Source of the DNA: the human T2T-CHM13v2.0 reference genome, Homo sapiens
Assembly (NCBI RefSeq): GCF_009914755.1
Contig: NC_060931.1
Reading direction: 5' to 3' (one strand)
DNA length: 64,000 bases
Made by a program: the position numbers and the translations under genes
The notes under the pieces: generated by a model
What the model saw: only the letters and a program-made list of their open reading frames with translations
What the model was told of the DNA's origin: nothing
Databases searched by the model: none
Part shown: piece by piece, positions 28,580 to 41,844 of the stretch
Layout: every line of letters starts with the position of its first letter
Numbering within the stretch: the stretch's first letter is position 1

Positions 28580-28950
28580 TGGAAACGGGAATCCAAGAAC
28601 CTGGATTCATACTCCCGCTCTTTCACTTCCTAAGCTATGTGACCTTGACCCAAGACAATCTGAGTCACTTTCCTCAGCTGGAAAAGGATCTAATTTCTGT
28701 TACATCACATCTCATGGTTGTAAGGCAGTACAGAGCAATGAAAGAGCATGGACTTCAAAATGAGACAAACGTGGATTTAGATTTTACTTCCACCACCTAC
28801 CAAGTTATTGAATTTATCTGAATCTCAATTTCTTCTCCTTCTGAATTTGGAGGAGGATTCAAAATAATATGTGCCTAGTAACTGCTGAGCTAATAAATAT
28901 GTGCAATGATTATAAGAGATGTGGATGGTGCTTGAAAACTGTTAAGTGCT
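28580..28950 (+). mobile_element. Two tandem MIR fragments
   Basis: 'agctatgtgaccttg..ttcctcagctggaaaagg' and 'tctgaatctcaatttc'. Confidence 0.55.
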
Positions 28951-29059
28951 AGTTAGCTAATATAACCATCTAAGTATCATATTGTTGAATATAAGAATAT
29001 GTACAACCATTATGCAATTTAGATCACAACTTGAAACCACAGTGTATACTGAACTTGAT

Positions 29060-29425
29060 GCTTGCTGATTATCTATCTTTCTGACTAGAATGACTAAATA
29101 CAGGCTATGTAAAATTAGGAGCTTTGTCTATCTTGATAATTATTTTATTCCCAGTCCCTAAAACAGTGCCTGGCACACAAGCAGCCCTTGATAATACCCT
29201 AATATTGATGTAGAATCTATGTGTCATGCATCTCATTTTCATAACAACTCTGTGATCTAGGTACTATTTATTATTAGGCCCTATTTACAGGTAAGAAAAC
29301 TGTGGCATGGACCAATCTCACAGGGAATAAAAGGCAGAGGCAAGATTTGAACCCTGTCTGGTTTCAGAGTCAATTCTCAAATGCCGCACTTCACTAGAGA
29401 TAAATATTTGTTGAATAAATGACTG
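29060..29425. mobile_element. L2 3' end (+) interrupted by a MIR (-, ~29190-29395)
   Basis: 'cagtgcctggcacac..' resumes as 'ataaatatttgttgaataaatga' after 'tttacaggtaagaaaactgtggc'. Confidence 0.6.
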
Positions 29426-30164
29426 AGTTTCCATCTTCATCCACAATTGTTTGGTGATATCTAAACCATAATAACATTAAGGATACAGTATTAATTAAAT
29501 CATTTTATGAAAAAGGATGGCCATTTTCTTTCATCTCCATACAAAGTTATCCAGAAAACTTCTTGGAGCAATAAAGGGAAAATGGTCCTATTTTCTGAGC
29601 ACACTGAAGGCCAGATTACACAGGGCAGTGAGGTGTAAAAGAGTTGTCCACTATGTCTTAGTAGGCTTTGGGTGAAATGATCTGGAGTCTTCTTTCCCTT
29701 AATTTAATCTCATAGAGTACATTTATTTTCCTGCAAACTGTGGAGGGAGGACACACGTTCAATGGAGAAGTCTGGCAGTCGGAGCTCTCCCTCCCCAGTA
29801 ACAGACCCTAAGGAGGCTGCTAGGGCTAATGCTTATTGTAGGAAGTAAAATTTTCATTTCCTATATCACATTCTGGTTGCTTACCTTTGTATTTTTTATC
29901 TTCTCTACTCAGATCTAAGTATTTTCTAGGCTTGATATTATTTACCTTCAAAGTAAGCTCATGTGAGAGAAAAGCTGTAAAATAGCTTGTATAACCTTGC
30001 AGAACGCAAACTTCCTGAGCCTCAATTCCCTTAATAACACTCTATCCTTTCCAAGTATAGTTTTGTTGTACATCAGTATGAAATAATGCATTAAGAACTA
30101 TAAATTGCTATACAAATGTGAAAAATATCGTTACATTCTCACAGGGTTAAGGAGGTTAAATGGC

Positions 30165-30386
30165 ACATGGTTAAAGGCTGGAGCACTGACATAGCATTCC
30201 AACCTGGCTCATCACTCATGTGATCTACGTCCTTAGTGTGCCTCAGTTCCCTCATCTCAAAAGAACTGGTAATAATAAAACCTATCATCAGGATTTTGCA
30301 AGGATTAAGAGAGTTGACACATGTAAAGCCCCTACAGCAGTGTACGGCAGGTGATAATGTCTTCATAAATATTAGCTATTATTATT
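30165..30386 (+). mobile_element. MIR
   Basis: 'gtgcctcagttccctcatct..aggattaa..catgtaaagc..ataaatattagctattatt'. Confidence 0.8.
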
Positions 30387-31699
30387 TCTAAAAATTGGAC
30401 CACATTTTACTGGAATATAAACATATTTGAGGTTTTCTTTCCTTCCTAATAAATCTTTATATTCCAAAAACACTTTTAGGTCTATTTCTCCACTGTCTTG
30501 CCTTGTTCATTTATTCCTGAATATGAATGTCTTTTATACTTATAAATAATTCCTACTAGTCCCAATTTTGCATAATCAGGAAGGATCCTAAAAGTCTCAA
30601 GCACATAATAATTTGTCATTTTCTGAAGGCTATATCTGACTCCTGTGTTCTATAAGGTACCCAGATGTTCAAGTTAGAGTGAACTAATAAGTTTACATCT
30701 CAGTCCAGTTGTTTGTAATCTCTACTGCTCATTGCATGAGTAGTCATCCTTATTCAAGCTTATTAGAGCTTCCCATTATCTTTTATGCACGTTTTCAGGG
30801 ATAGATGGTTGGACTTCATGATGAATTTGTATTTATAAATTTCATTATTCTACAATGTCTTGAAATCCTTTGAGTAGTCTATCCAAAAGGTAGCAACATT
30901 CTTTAGTTTTGGATCTGTGTTTCCAAATATTTTTTAGTAATTTTTACCTAGATGTTCATTGGAGAAATTAACTACATTATTATAAAATTAGCTTCTTCCT
31001 CAAAATTATGTCTTCCTCTCTCCTGTAGCTAACATATGAACATCATCATTGACCCCAATGTCTTACTCCACATGCAAAATTTTCCAAGTCTTCTTGATTC
31101 TACCTCCACAGTATCTCTAGCATTTATTCTTCACTTTCTAGTTTTTCCCCTTTATTAGTTTGGGCTCTTGTCTTTTGATATGTGGACTGTGGCAAGTAGC
31201 CACCTAAGTGGGCTGCTTACCTCCAGTATCTTTCATATGATCATATCACCTCCTTACTCAAAATCTTTGAAAGCTTCTGTCTGCCTAGAGTGAAACCAAA
31301 GTATAACACTATAGCATCCAGTGCCCTTCGCAACCTGAGTCATGCATCCTTTTCTAACTTATCTATACCAATGCCTCCACATACCCTCCACTTCAGTCAT
31401 AGGGCCCTCTTTAGAGTAAGTTTGCATTCATGTATACATCTTTGCCTTAACTCAATTTGTTCTTTCTGCTTCTTTTGCCCATCTCTATTGATCTTTCATA
31501 AACTCTATTCATCCTTTTAAAAAAATCTACCTGACACTTTCTTCCTTCCTTCCTGAGGAATACATTCCTCAGTCTTCTATGTTGCCATGGCAATAAAGTA
31601 GTCAATATCACACTGTTTTAAAGTTGCTATTAAAATATTACATATCATGGGAAAACATGTATTGCCTCTTGTCACTGAATCCCTAGAAAACAGTGTCTT

Positions 31700-32010
31700 A
31701 AGGCGAAACTAACCTACTGGCACTTTATTGACGACTACAGTGCCAAGGAAGCAAGAGTAAAAGAGAAAGTGAAATGAGGTAGGAAAAGAGTGAAGCAAAT
31801 ACTAGGTGATTTTTCACGAATACGGTGGTTCCACATGAAACCATTGTATCTCAGACCAGGCCCTCTGGGAAAAAAAGATGAGTGACTTCTTCTCTTTATT
31901 CTTCCTTTGTCTCTTTCATTAGTCAAGGTTCACCCACAGGGCATTAACTCCCATAACACTGAAGTGCATTGCCAAGCCCCTTTGGGCAGTCAGTGGACAA
32001 ACCTTGGCCC
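31700..32010 (-). mobile_element. LTR33-like ERVL LTR fragment
   Basis: 'cattagtcaaggttcacccacagggcattaactccc' resembles LTR33; boundaries uncertain. Confidence 0.45.
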
Positions 32011-32379
32011 CCATGGGTCCTGTTAGATTGGACCTAGGTGCTGGAAATGAGCTATAATGGCTCATTTCATCTTAGAGGAGGCAGAAACAACTGATGCTTT
32101 TTGGAAATGAGGTGATTACTGTGATGACCTTTATGACAACAGGAAAAGAGTACATGTAGGCAGACAGGCAATGCCAAGAAAATCTACGTGATGGGAACAT
32201 ACAAACTGGGTTCAGCACACTTCTCTTTGTGCCCTGATACATAGCAAGGTTAATGTCTTAGTGTTTACTGTATATGGAATACAATGGTCATCAACTTCAC
32301 TATTTTAAAATGTGACTTGAGGCAAAGCCAGATTACTTACATTTGACTAGGTAGTAGGATCACAGGAAAGTAGCATATA

Positions 32380-32600
32380 TTGGGTAGTACTAAGTGCCAG
32401 GCACTGCACTGAAGCCCGTTATCTTCTTTGGGTGAATCTTTCAGTCTAATACTCCCAATATCCTATAAAACAGGCACTTTTGACATCTTCATTTTAAAGG
32501 TAAAGAAAGCAACAGAGTTGCTTGTCCAAAGTCAAACATCTAGTAAGTTGCAGAGTCAAGATTCTGGCCCAGGTAGCCTAACTCCAGAGCTTCCCCAAGT
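32380..32600 (-). mobile_element. MIR
   Basis: 'aagtgccaggcactg..ttgcttgtccaaagtca..ggcccaggtagcctaactccagagc'. Confidence 0.65.
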
Positions 32601-33659
32601 ATCCTCTCATAGCCATGTGAAACTCTATTTTGAAGAAGAAAGTCAGATCTAAACTTGGAGATGAGGATAGCTTGCATTATTCTTTACTTGGCAAATGCAG
32701 AATCATTCTCGCAACCTCCTCCACAACTCCCAGGACAACACAGAACTGCATAACTACCCTCAAATCCATTGTTGTGTGAACCCACCCTGCTATTTGTAGT
32801 CATAAGAATTCATCACTACAGAGTTCACTTGCTTTTTTAAGTCACAGACTAAATTGATCAACACTATTTCTTCAGAAATCAAAAGATTTTGAGTGCCTGT
32901 GGACTGACTTGCCACTGAAGTCACATTTGGCTATTTACCACTTGCTGAGGACTGTGCAATGTGCTCAGCTCCTGGGTTTCTCTTCTGATATTGAATTACT
33001 GTAGTGATCAGGTATTTATTTCCCTTTCTCCAGAGAGGATGACTGCTGTTGAGCTCCCACATGGGCTTCTGTCTTGCCTGGAGGGAAAGAGGTGTGAAGT
33101 CTATTTCAGTGTTCACTAAGTGTTTAATCAGCCAAGGAATCTGATCGCTGTCATGTCTTACTGTAGCTCTATAGGAAAAGCATACTTAATCTTGAAAACA
33201 TCAACTAGAAGAAGCCATTTGGTGTACCGGGAGCCTGATTGTGATATTGTTTGATGTACAAAATGTACCTCTCTCAGCATTCTTAGTGAATTTCAAATTT
33301 CCACCTCCTAACTTACATAGCAAAAATTCTGTCAAACCACTGAGTCTTATTCTTGCCCTTTACATTTGTAAAATGATTTTGTGTATGCAAGAAATACAAA
33401 AACATTGCAGGTGGATTCAGACAAGTCGTATTTTATAGATACTTGTTCATCGATGAGACAAAGCAAGATAGTAAAAGATTGAAATATAACCCCCATATAT
33501 CAAATGGCTGCAGGAATTTGAGACCTCTTGCACTCTTAGCTTTACTTGAAAGATAGCTATAGAATGATAAGTTGAGAAAGTACAGAGTTGTCATAAAAAA
33601 TTCTATGTTGAAGCCACGTCTTAAGTGTTCCTTTGGAACTACTGATTAAATGTTGATTC

Positions 33660-33832
33660 GACAGATGCAGGTTAGAGTCCAGGCTCTAACACATATTGGT
33701 AGCTTGGGGCAAATTTCCAATCTCTTTCAGCCTCATTTGACCCGTCTGTAAAGTATAAATAATAAAATACCCATGTTATCAGACTCTTGTCAAAGCTGGA
33801 TGACTAATATTACACTTGAAAAGCACTTAGCA
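33660..33832 (+). mobile_element. MIR
   Basis: 'cttggggcaaatt..cagcctcattt..tctgtaaagt..aaagcacttagca'. Confidence 0.6.
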
Positions 33833-34867
33833 TGTCAGACTCAGTTACTTGCAAATTATCACACCAGAGGATAGCAGAGATTCCTTGAAAATACACGCTG
33901 ACTGATTTTTATGCCTACTATCCCTGTTTTTTCCTCTCTTAACAGATCTTCAGTACAAGGAATAAAACAAAGAACTGAAAGTGTACCAAATATAAATAAA
34001 GACTTTTAAAAAACCCACTAGTTTTATTTTATTAGATTTTAAATCACTAATATAGAAATGGTTGTGGAAGTGCTGAAAATTCAAGGAATCTCTGCAATAG
34101 AAAGATGTGAGACTTAGGCCCTAGAAAACCTGAACAACTAGATAGAGAGGAAAAAAAGGAAAGAGGAGTAGGTTAAGAAGAAAAATAAGAAAATCAAGAG
34201 AGTTTTTGAACATTCTTAGGCAGAGTGGCATGAAGGATTCTAATAGAAGAGAGATTTTTCAAAAAAGTTTCCTTCCTCTATTTTAATAAGTATTGAGTGT
34301 GTAGTATATGAAAAGCTCTGGAAAAACACAATGATAAAAGACGTTCTCCATCTTTTAAGAGAATCTCAATGCCATAACAAAGTTATGGTTCAAGTTTGTG
34401 CACAGAAAGGGGAACACAGAGGAGGGAGCCTCTCAATCTGCTTGGCCAAGGGAGAGTAGACAGGGCAGCCTTAAGAAAGCAGGTAACAAACAGGTGGGTG
34501 TGAACTAGAAAGAAGAGCGGTAGTTGACTGGGCAGCACAAAGGAAAGCGTATTCAAAGACCAGGGGCTTGAAATAGCCTCCCACGCTCAGGGAACTGCAA
34601 GTCTGGAGTTGAGCTGAAGCATACAATGAGAATCAAAGAGCGGGTGGTAGTTCTCCCTTTTGGGGTCTGTGCACTGTCTGGGAGCTCTGTTCAGAAAGTT
34701 CACTCGGCCCTACCTCAAGTGTCCTATTCCAGTCATTCAAGCCTCAGCATAGATGTCATGTGTGTAGAAAATCTCCGCAGACCGTACAACTTAGCTGAGC
34801 TCCTCATTCTCTGCTCAGCAAATAACCATATTTTCAGCCCTGAGCAGCATATATGTGTGATGTGTGT

Positions 34868-34869
<2 letters not shown>

Positions 34870-34916
<47 letters not shown>
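34870..34916. repeat. (TG)n microsatellite, ~23 units, inside an L2 3' end (~34700-35080)
   Basis: Read directly; L2 end 'cactcaataaatatttgctggatgagtgaa'. Confidence 0.95.
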
Positions 34917-34918
<2 letters not shown>

Positions 34919-35100
34919 TATTTAATTTTCCTATTGGATTATCTGTTTATTTGTCTACTATATTTCCCCAGTAGTTTCTTAGGAGCAGGAACCCTAGCTT
35001 TTTCACCATGGCATCCCCACTGTCTAGAATTCTACCTGCCATAAAGTAGACACTCAATAAATATTTGCTGGATGAGTGAAGTAGGTGGGACATGTAAGAT

Positions 35101-35188
35101 TTGCCAGATAGGGGAAACCTGTGCATGGGTGAATGTAGAGGAGAGATTCAAAGTTTAATGCTCATGTAAGGCTTCTTGTTAAAATACA
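35101..35188 (+). repeat. Dispersed direct repeat copy A (partner 36577-36665)
   Basis: 88 bp, 6 mismatches plus 1 gap by eye. Confidence 0.9.
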
Positions 35189-36576
35189 AGAAGGGACAGG
35201 ACATAAAGGGATTTGTAGATTGTGATGAGGACTGTCTGTTTTCTCTAGGTGGAGAGAAACCACTGATGATTAAGTAGGAAAGGAATATAATTAGTTTCCT
35301 GGTAGAAGGTCATTCTCATGATTATGTAGAGGAAGCATTAAAGAAAAATGAGACTAGTTTGAAATCCACTGAAGTGACTAAACCAGCACATTTGCAGTGA
35401 GGAAGGAGAAGAGGTGACTGATAAAAACCATTTTTAATAGGAAGGGCCTAAGGACATGAAGAGACCTGAGGCAGGGAGGTGGTGGGGGTGGGTGGGAGGT
35501 GGGAACAGACTGGGTTGACTCCTGCATAATATAAGTACTTAATAGTTGAGTTTTCTAAATGCTAAAGGAGCCGATAGTGCTAAATGAAAGGGTAAGTGTG
35601 GAAAAAAAAAAAGAAAACAGAGGGATAGTTGTGGCAATGAAGACATCATCAGCGACATTCCAGAGCAGAGGTGGGGGTAGGTTTCATGAGCTACCAACAA
35701 TAATGAAAAGTGGTGGCTGTCGGTGTCTGCTTCTCTTCACCTTCAGCTCCATCCTGTATAACAAAGGGACTTGGATAGACAGACACATGTGCACACTAAG
35801 GCACACAGAACAAAGCTCTGTCCACTCCCCTCCTAGAAACCTTTCCCTGGCCACCACTCAAGCTGGAGAAGTATGAATACCACCAGTAGCAAGACACACC
35901 TTGAGAGACAGCCCAAGGAATTTTTTGGGAGCAAGACTGGAGTACATTGGACAGAGAATTTCAGAGTCTTGGGTTCCTGAAGAAGGGGATATCATGGGTT
36001 CTGGGTGGTAAACCCTCATGGCCTTTCAGATTCCCTGACCAGTGTGAAGAAGTAGAGCTAGAGGAAAACCATAACCCTGGGTCCAGAGCAGAAGCCACTT
36101 CTGCCTGGGTCTAAAGGCAGGACTGATTGCAGGAGAAACCCTAGCATTTATATCCTGTCATCCTGAAACCCCACAGTAAGAAAAGTAAGAACTCTTACTC
36201 TCCAGAAGTCCCAATCAATTCTGATTACTTCTCATTAGCTCTAAGTGGTCACAAAACAATCTCATTGTGGGCACCAATCACCATGGTCAGAAGGAATGTT
36301 ATGCAGTATTTGACTTAATGTGGTTATACGCAGTAGCCTGGGGGAAGGGTATGCAGCCCCTGGTCTGAAAAGGGAGGAGGGGTAGATCCCCAGGGAGGTA
36401 AGGAGAAAGGATGCTGAGGGGCAATGACTCTTACATGTGCTACTACAGGTAGAAATGAAGCCAGATTGCAGAGCGTTCTGGAGGGAATATCTGAAGCAGC
36501 ACATGTAAGTCAGGCCATAACAGAAAGGAAAAATATAATTAGAGCAAGGAAACAGGGGCAAGGTATGATGATAGCC

Positions 36577-36665
36577 TTGCCAGATAGGGGAAACCTGTGC
36601 ATGTGTGAATGTAGAGGAGAGATTCAAAGTTCAATGTGCGTGTAAGGCTTCTTTGTTAAAATGCA
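36577..36665 (+). repeat. Dispersed direct repeat copy B (partner 35101-35188)
   Basis: Same alignment; runs on into the MER5 element. Confidence 0.9.
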
Positions 36666-36770
36666 GATTTGGATTCAGCAAGTCTGGTGGCGGGGGCTTG
36701 AAATTCCACATGTCTAACAAGCTCCTAGGTGATGCTGCTGGTTCATGACCCTCCCCTTGAGAAGCAAGAA
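36620..36770. mobile_element. MER5-like hAT MITE
   Basis: 'ttgttaaaatgcagatt..tctaacaagctcctaggtgatgctgctgg..ttgagaagc'. Confidence 0.7.
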
Positions 36771-38022
36771 TATAGAGAATTAGACAGCAGAGAAAGAATG
36801 AGATTGGAGACGTGCCCCCGCAAAAAGAAAAAAAAAGAGATGAAACTAATGATGCTTAGACAGTGCTCCTCTTTGGTCGCATGTGATAAGCCCCTTCCCC
36901 AGCAGAGAAGCACAGCCAACATTGAGGAATAACGCAGGGACATTCCAATGTTCTTTTAAGAATCCTAGAAGAATATTCTAAACAAGCTTTCGTCAAGCAT
37001 GGGCATGGAACAGGAATCCTAAGCCCATTACCTTCTTGTCCTTCCCATGCTGACAGATCCCCTGAAGCGTTCATGTGACAGCTACGCCCACGCCCAGGCT
37101 ACACGGCATAGAACTTGGATAAGCAGCTGGAAGTTGCTCTGCCATAACAGTCTTAGAGAGAACGTAACTTCCGTGTGTGTGTGTTGGATTAGTTCAACAG
37201 TCTAGCAGATAACCACAAAGTTTCAGTCACATTGTTAGTGGTTCCCTCATGACTTATTTTTTAATCAGTTGTATACATAATGAAACTGAGTGAATTAGGG
37301 CTTCACACGGTCTTCTTTCTATAAATCAGAAATCTGAAAACCATGTAAATTTGCCAAGTAATGAGGTGTCACCACCTTAGAGTAACAATACTAAAAAAGT
37401 ACCTCATTAAAATGAGGAAGTAATCATTAGTAAAAATTTATTTCTGCAGTCCTTGACCTGAAACAAAAATTATGTCACATTTTCCATAGATATTGACATC
37501 AGCAATGACTTTTCTGAAACATTAAGTGGAGCACTGTCATGAATAACATTTTCAATAAAACTTTTTAATTGAAATTTCAAAATACTTTTAAAAACACATT
37601 CAACATCCCCAGTGCCTCAATTTACTGCTGGAAAATAGCATGTTTTTATAAGTATAGGTTGTGTATCCTAAAATTTTTTTCCTTACTATATTATCCTATA
37701 GAGTTATTAATTCTCTGGAAATAAAATTTGTCTCATGAGATCTCAAAAACCTGCTAAAATTTGAGTATTTTTTTTTCCTTTACCTCCTCATGGCTCTTCA
37801 GTACATTTTATTCTCATTCTACTGTTGTGGAAACAGAAAAGTATAACAGAAATCACAGGATTAGATCTCTGAAAACTTGATTCATTATTGGCTCTGCAAA
37901 TGAGTTTTTTGTTCTTCTTAATCTATATTGAGTCACTAAACCCACCTCCTTCTATTCCTTCTACTTCTAATGGCAATCCTTCCATTTTCTTTGCCTGGGC
38001 TTTCTTGACTAGCTTTTTCTAT

Positions 38023-38385
38023 GATTTTATTTTATTATTTAAAATGTTTTATTTTTAATTTTCGTGGGTACATGATATGTGTATATTTTGGGAGGTACAT
38101 GAGATGTTTTGATATAGGCATGCAATGTATAACAATATCAGAGTTAAATGGGGTATCCATCCCCTCAGGCATTTATACTTTGTGTTACAAATATCCAATT
38201 ATACTTTTTAAATTATTTTTAAATGTACAAATAAATTATTATTGACTAGAGTCACCCTGTTGTGCTATCAAATACTAGGCCTTATTCATTCTTTCTATTA
38301 TTTTTGTAACCATTAACCATCTCCACCTCCCTCTCTCTCCCACTATCCTTCCCAGTCTCTGGTAACCATCCTTCCAGTCTGTTTT
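38023..38385 (-). mobile_element. L1MA (L1MA1-3-like) 3' end
   Basis: 'gtacatgagatgttttgatataggcatgcaatg..aaatggggtatccatcccctca.gcatttat..gtcaccctgttgtgctatcaaatactagg'. Confidence 0.85.
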
Positions 38386-39194
38386 TCATTATTTTCTGCT
38401 TCTCATCTTTCCTTGTCACATTAGATACCACCTCCTCAGAGATATTTTCTTCATCTCTCTTTGCTAACGAGTTTATTTTCTGTTTCTTTCTTAGAATATC
38501 TAGTGCATAAACACAGGTACGTATTCTTTCTTGGTTTTGGTTGAAAGCCAGAGCCAGATATAGCATGCAATTTACTATCATAAAATGTGTTAAATGATTA
38601 CAGGAAGGAAAAAAGAAATACTACAGAAGCGCTACTAAAGCAGACATTAGCTCTTTAATTTCTGTTCTGGCCCACTAAATCAGCACTTGCCATATTGGTT
38701 GAGTGAGTGAATATGTGATCACAGAAGTGTCTGCAAATGTGAGTAATTTCACCCAGCGTTAGCAGCCACAGGAGACAGAAGAAGCAGCAGGACCAGAAAG
38801 CCATGGCTAATTAAGCCCACGTATCCACCAACCACAAGTACCCTTTCGATTTGGTTGATACTTGTAAGGCTTTTCCCTGGTCTTTCCAAAACATGCCCTA
38901 CAAATGCTTTACTAATTCTTATCTAAGAAACTCCTGCAGTGAAAAAATTATCTAATTTTCTCCAAAGTTTCTTTTTGTATCAACCTGTGCTTATGTTCAA
39001 CAGCTTCTCTGTTATGCTCATGGGGATCACCCTCAAGAAGAGGAGACAGATATTTGGAAAAGCCATGGTCTTTTTACCACACTGAACTACTTTCCTTCGG
39101 ATCATGGCCAATGACCAGCCTCCGACATTTCATCCTTCATACCTTGCAGCTCATTTTTTTCCACATTTCACTTCGAACCCAATCCACAGTTTGT

Positions 39195-39445
39195 CTCATA
39201 CAGATGGCTTGTGTTTAAGAGTCGAGACCCTAAATCTAATTGCTAGGGTCCGTGCCTGACTCTCTTGATTACATACGTGACCTTGAGCAAGGTATTTCAC
39301 CTCTTCAGGACTCCTACCCATAACATAAACATAATAACGTTTGAGTCATAGGGTTTTTGTCTTCATTAAATGCAATAATTTTATGTAAAGTACTTAGCCT
39401 ACTGCCTGGAACATAGTAAGAGCCTGATATTACTGGTTATTACAG
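39195..39445 (+). mobile_element. MIR
   Basis: 'gtgaccttgagcaagg..tgtaaagtacttag..tgcctggaacatagtaag'. Confidence 0.7.
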
Positions 39446-40027
39446 CTATTAGCACTGTTGACTTTATATTTGTTTTTTTAATTGTAGAGAGAAACCCTCA
39501 GATATTTCAAACAAGTAGGGGAGGAAAAAGAAAACACTTTCTTTTTGCCTCAAGGCCATTCAGGAGCTCTAAATGCCATTATTATTGTTTCCTGAGAGAA
39601 GAGGGTGAGAGGAAGCATAAGATTCTTCCTTCTTCTCTACAACACACTAGAATTCCCCAGGAGTGGAAAAACCTTTACAGTTGTACTGAGAATCCAGTGT
39701 GTTTTCTCCTTTGCTGTCTTTCTATTGTATTTTTTTTTTCTTTATCTACTGGCTTTTCAAAGAATTTTTCATCAACACTTAAATATGTTAACAATGTTAG
39801 ATGACAATGTCATTGAAATACATTAGAGTGAAAATGACAACACTCATAATGAAAAGCAATGAATCTCTATTTAAAATGGCATTTTAACAATGCATCGAGA
39901 AAGCCATTATCATACCAATCTTACCAACACATTGTGTGTGTACGTGTCTGTGCACGCATGAGTGCAAATATACTGAATGAAGTCCAAAGTACTGCAGATA
40001 AAAGCATACTTTTTGTTCATACTTTCC

Positions 40028-40507
40028 TGCTGTGGTTTGAATTTGTTCCCACCAAAACTCATGTTGAAATGTGATCCCCAGTGTGGTTGGTGTTGGGAAG
40101 TGGGGCCTAGTGGGAGGTGTTTGGATCATGGAGGTGGGTCCCTCATGAAGGGCTTGGTGTTGTTCCTCAGCAGTAAATGACTTGAGAAACAACACCAAGC
40201 TGGTGTTGGGAGACTCAATATCTGAATACTGGATTATTTCTTGCAGGAATATTTCTGCATGAGTTGATTGTTAAACAGCCCGGACACCACTCAGGTTTTG
40301 CCTCTTCACATATGTCCACTTCCTCTTTGACGTTTTCTGCCATGTTTGACTCACCATGAAAAGCCCTTGCCAGATGCCAAGCAGGTGTCAGTGCCTTGCT
40401 TCTTGTACTTTTCAGCCTTCAGAACCATGAGCTAAATAGACCTCTTTCCTTTATAAATTACTCAGCCTCTGGTATTCTGTTATAGCAACACTAAATGGAC
40501 AAAGACT
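40028..40507 (+). mobile_element. MSTB-like MaLR solo LTR
   Basis: 'tgctgtggtttgaat..caaaactcatgttgaaat..ttataaattactcagcctctggtattctgttatagcaacac.aaatggac.aagac'. Confidence 0.9.
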
Positions 40508-40959
40508 CTCTCAAAATGTCTCAAACCCATCTTCATTTGAAAAAGTTATACAGCAGGACAATGCATTCATGAAGTAATTTCCAAAATATTCTATCTCCCT
40601 GCCCTGCTTTGAATACCTATTACTATATTATAGATTTGTCAACTTATTGATTGCCTGTATCCCTTACTAGAATTTAAGCCTTGTGAAGCAAGGAATTTGT
40701 CCATCTTGCTTTTAGCTATATCTCCAGCCCATAGTCAGTTCTTAATACATATTTGTGGAATGAATGAATTTCCCTTAAAACCTATGGAAATACTGAGGCA
40801 ACACATATATATTTATATGCACAATGCAAACTAGAAAAATCACTAGCTGAATTCAGCATAAGCAACAGTGTAGTGTGGTATAAATATTAGCCTGGAAATC
40901 TGAGTTCCAGATTTGGTTCTGCCATCAAACATGAAGTTTAGGCAAAGACAATATGACTT

Positions 40960-41135
40960 TTATATATATCAAATGACATGGATGATATATCATGTGATAT
41001 ATGTACAAATATATACATACTTATATTTATATACATATTTAATATATATAATATATTATGTGTAATAATATATTTATACATATATGTACATAAATATATA
41101 CATATTTATATTTATATATTATACATATAAGTATA
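40960..41135. repeat. Degenerate (TA)n-rich low-complexity tract
   Basis: Read directly. Confidence 0.85.
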
Positions 41136-41533
41136 AGGCAAGCCTATGCTTTGCTGGTCTTGACTTAGTTTACTAAAGAATAATACCTGCTTGCTGCCCA
41201 TTATCAGATGCAGGTTGTTTGTTTTGGGGATGGGACAATGAGGGGATGGGAAGGAGATTAGTAGTAGGGGGAGATGGTCAGTATCTTTAAACAAATCTTT
41301 ACACCCAACAAATTATTGGTGCTGAGCAGGGAAGAGGACAGGATAAGCACTAGGATAACTTTCTTATTCTATTACTACCTACAAAAAAATGAGTTTCCTC
41401 TTCTGATGATTCTCTGTTCTACAAAATAAAACTGATAAGAACTCAAAGCAGAATCTAATCGAAACTGTAGAGCATAATAAAGCTGTTTATAGTACAGGTA
41501 TTTCAAAATCTCAGTTATTAATTTGTAATTTAA

Positions 41534-41844
<311 letters not shown>

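Noticed and set aside
35700-36260. Possible ancient DNA transposon or LTR
   Set aside because: Looks repeat-like, but I could not identify termini or a family with confidence
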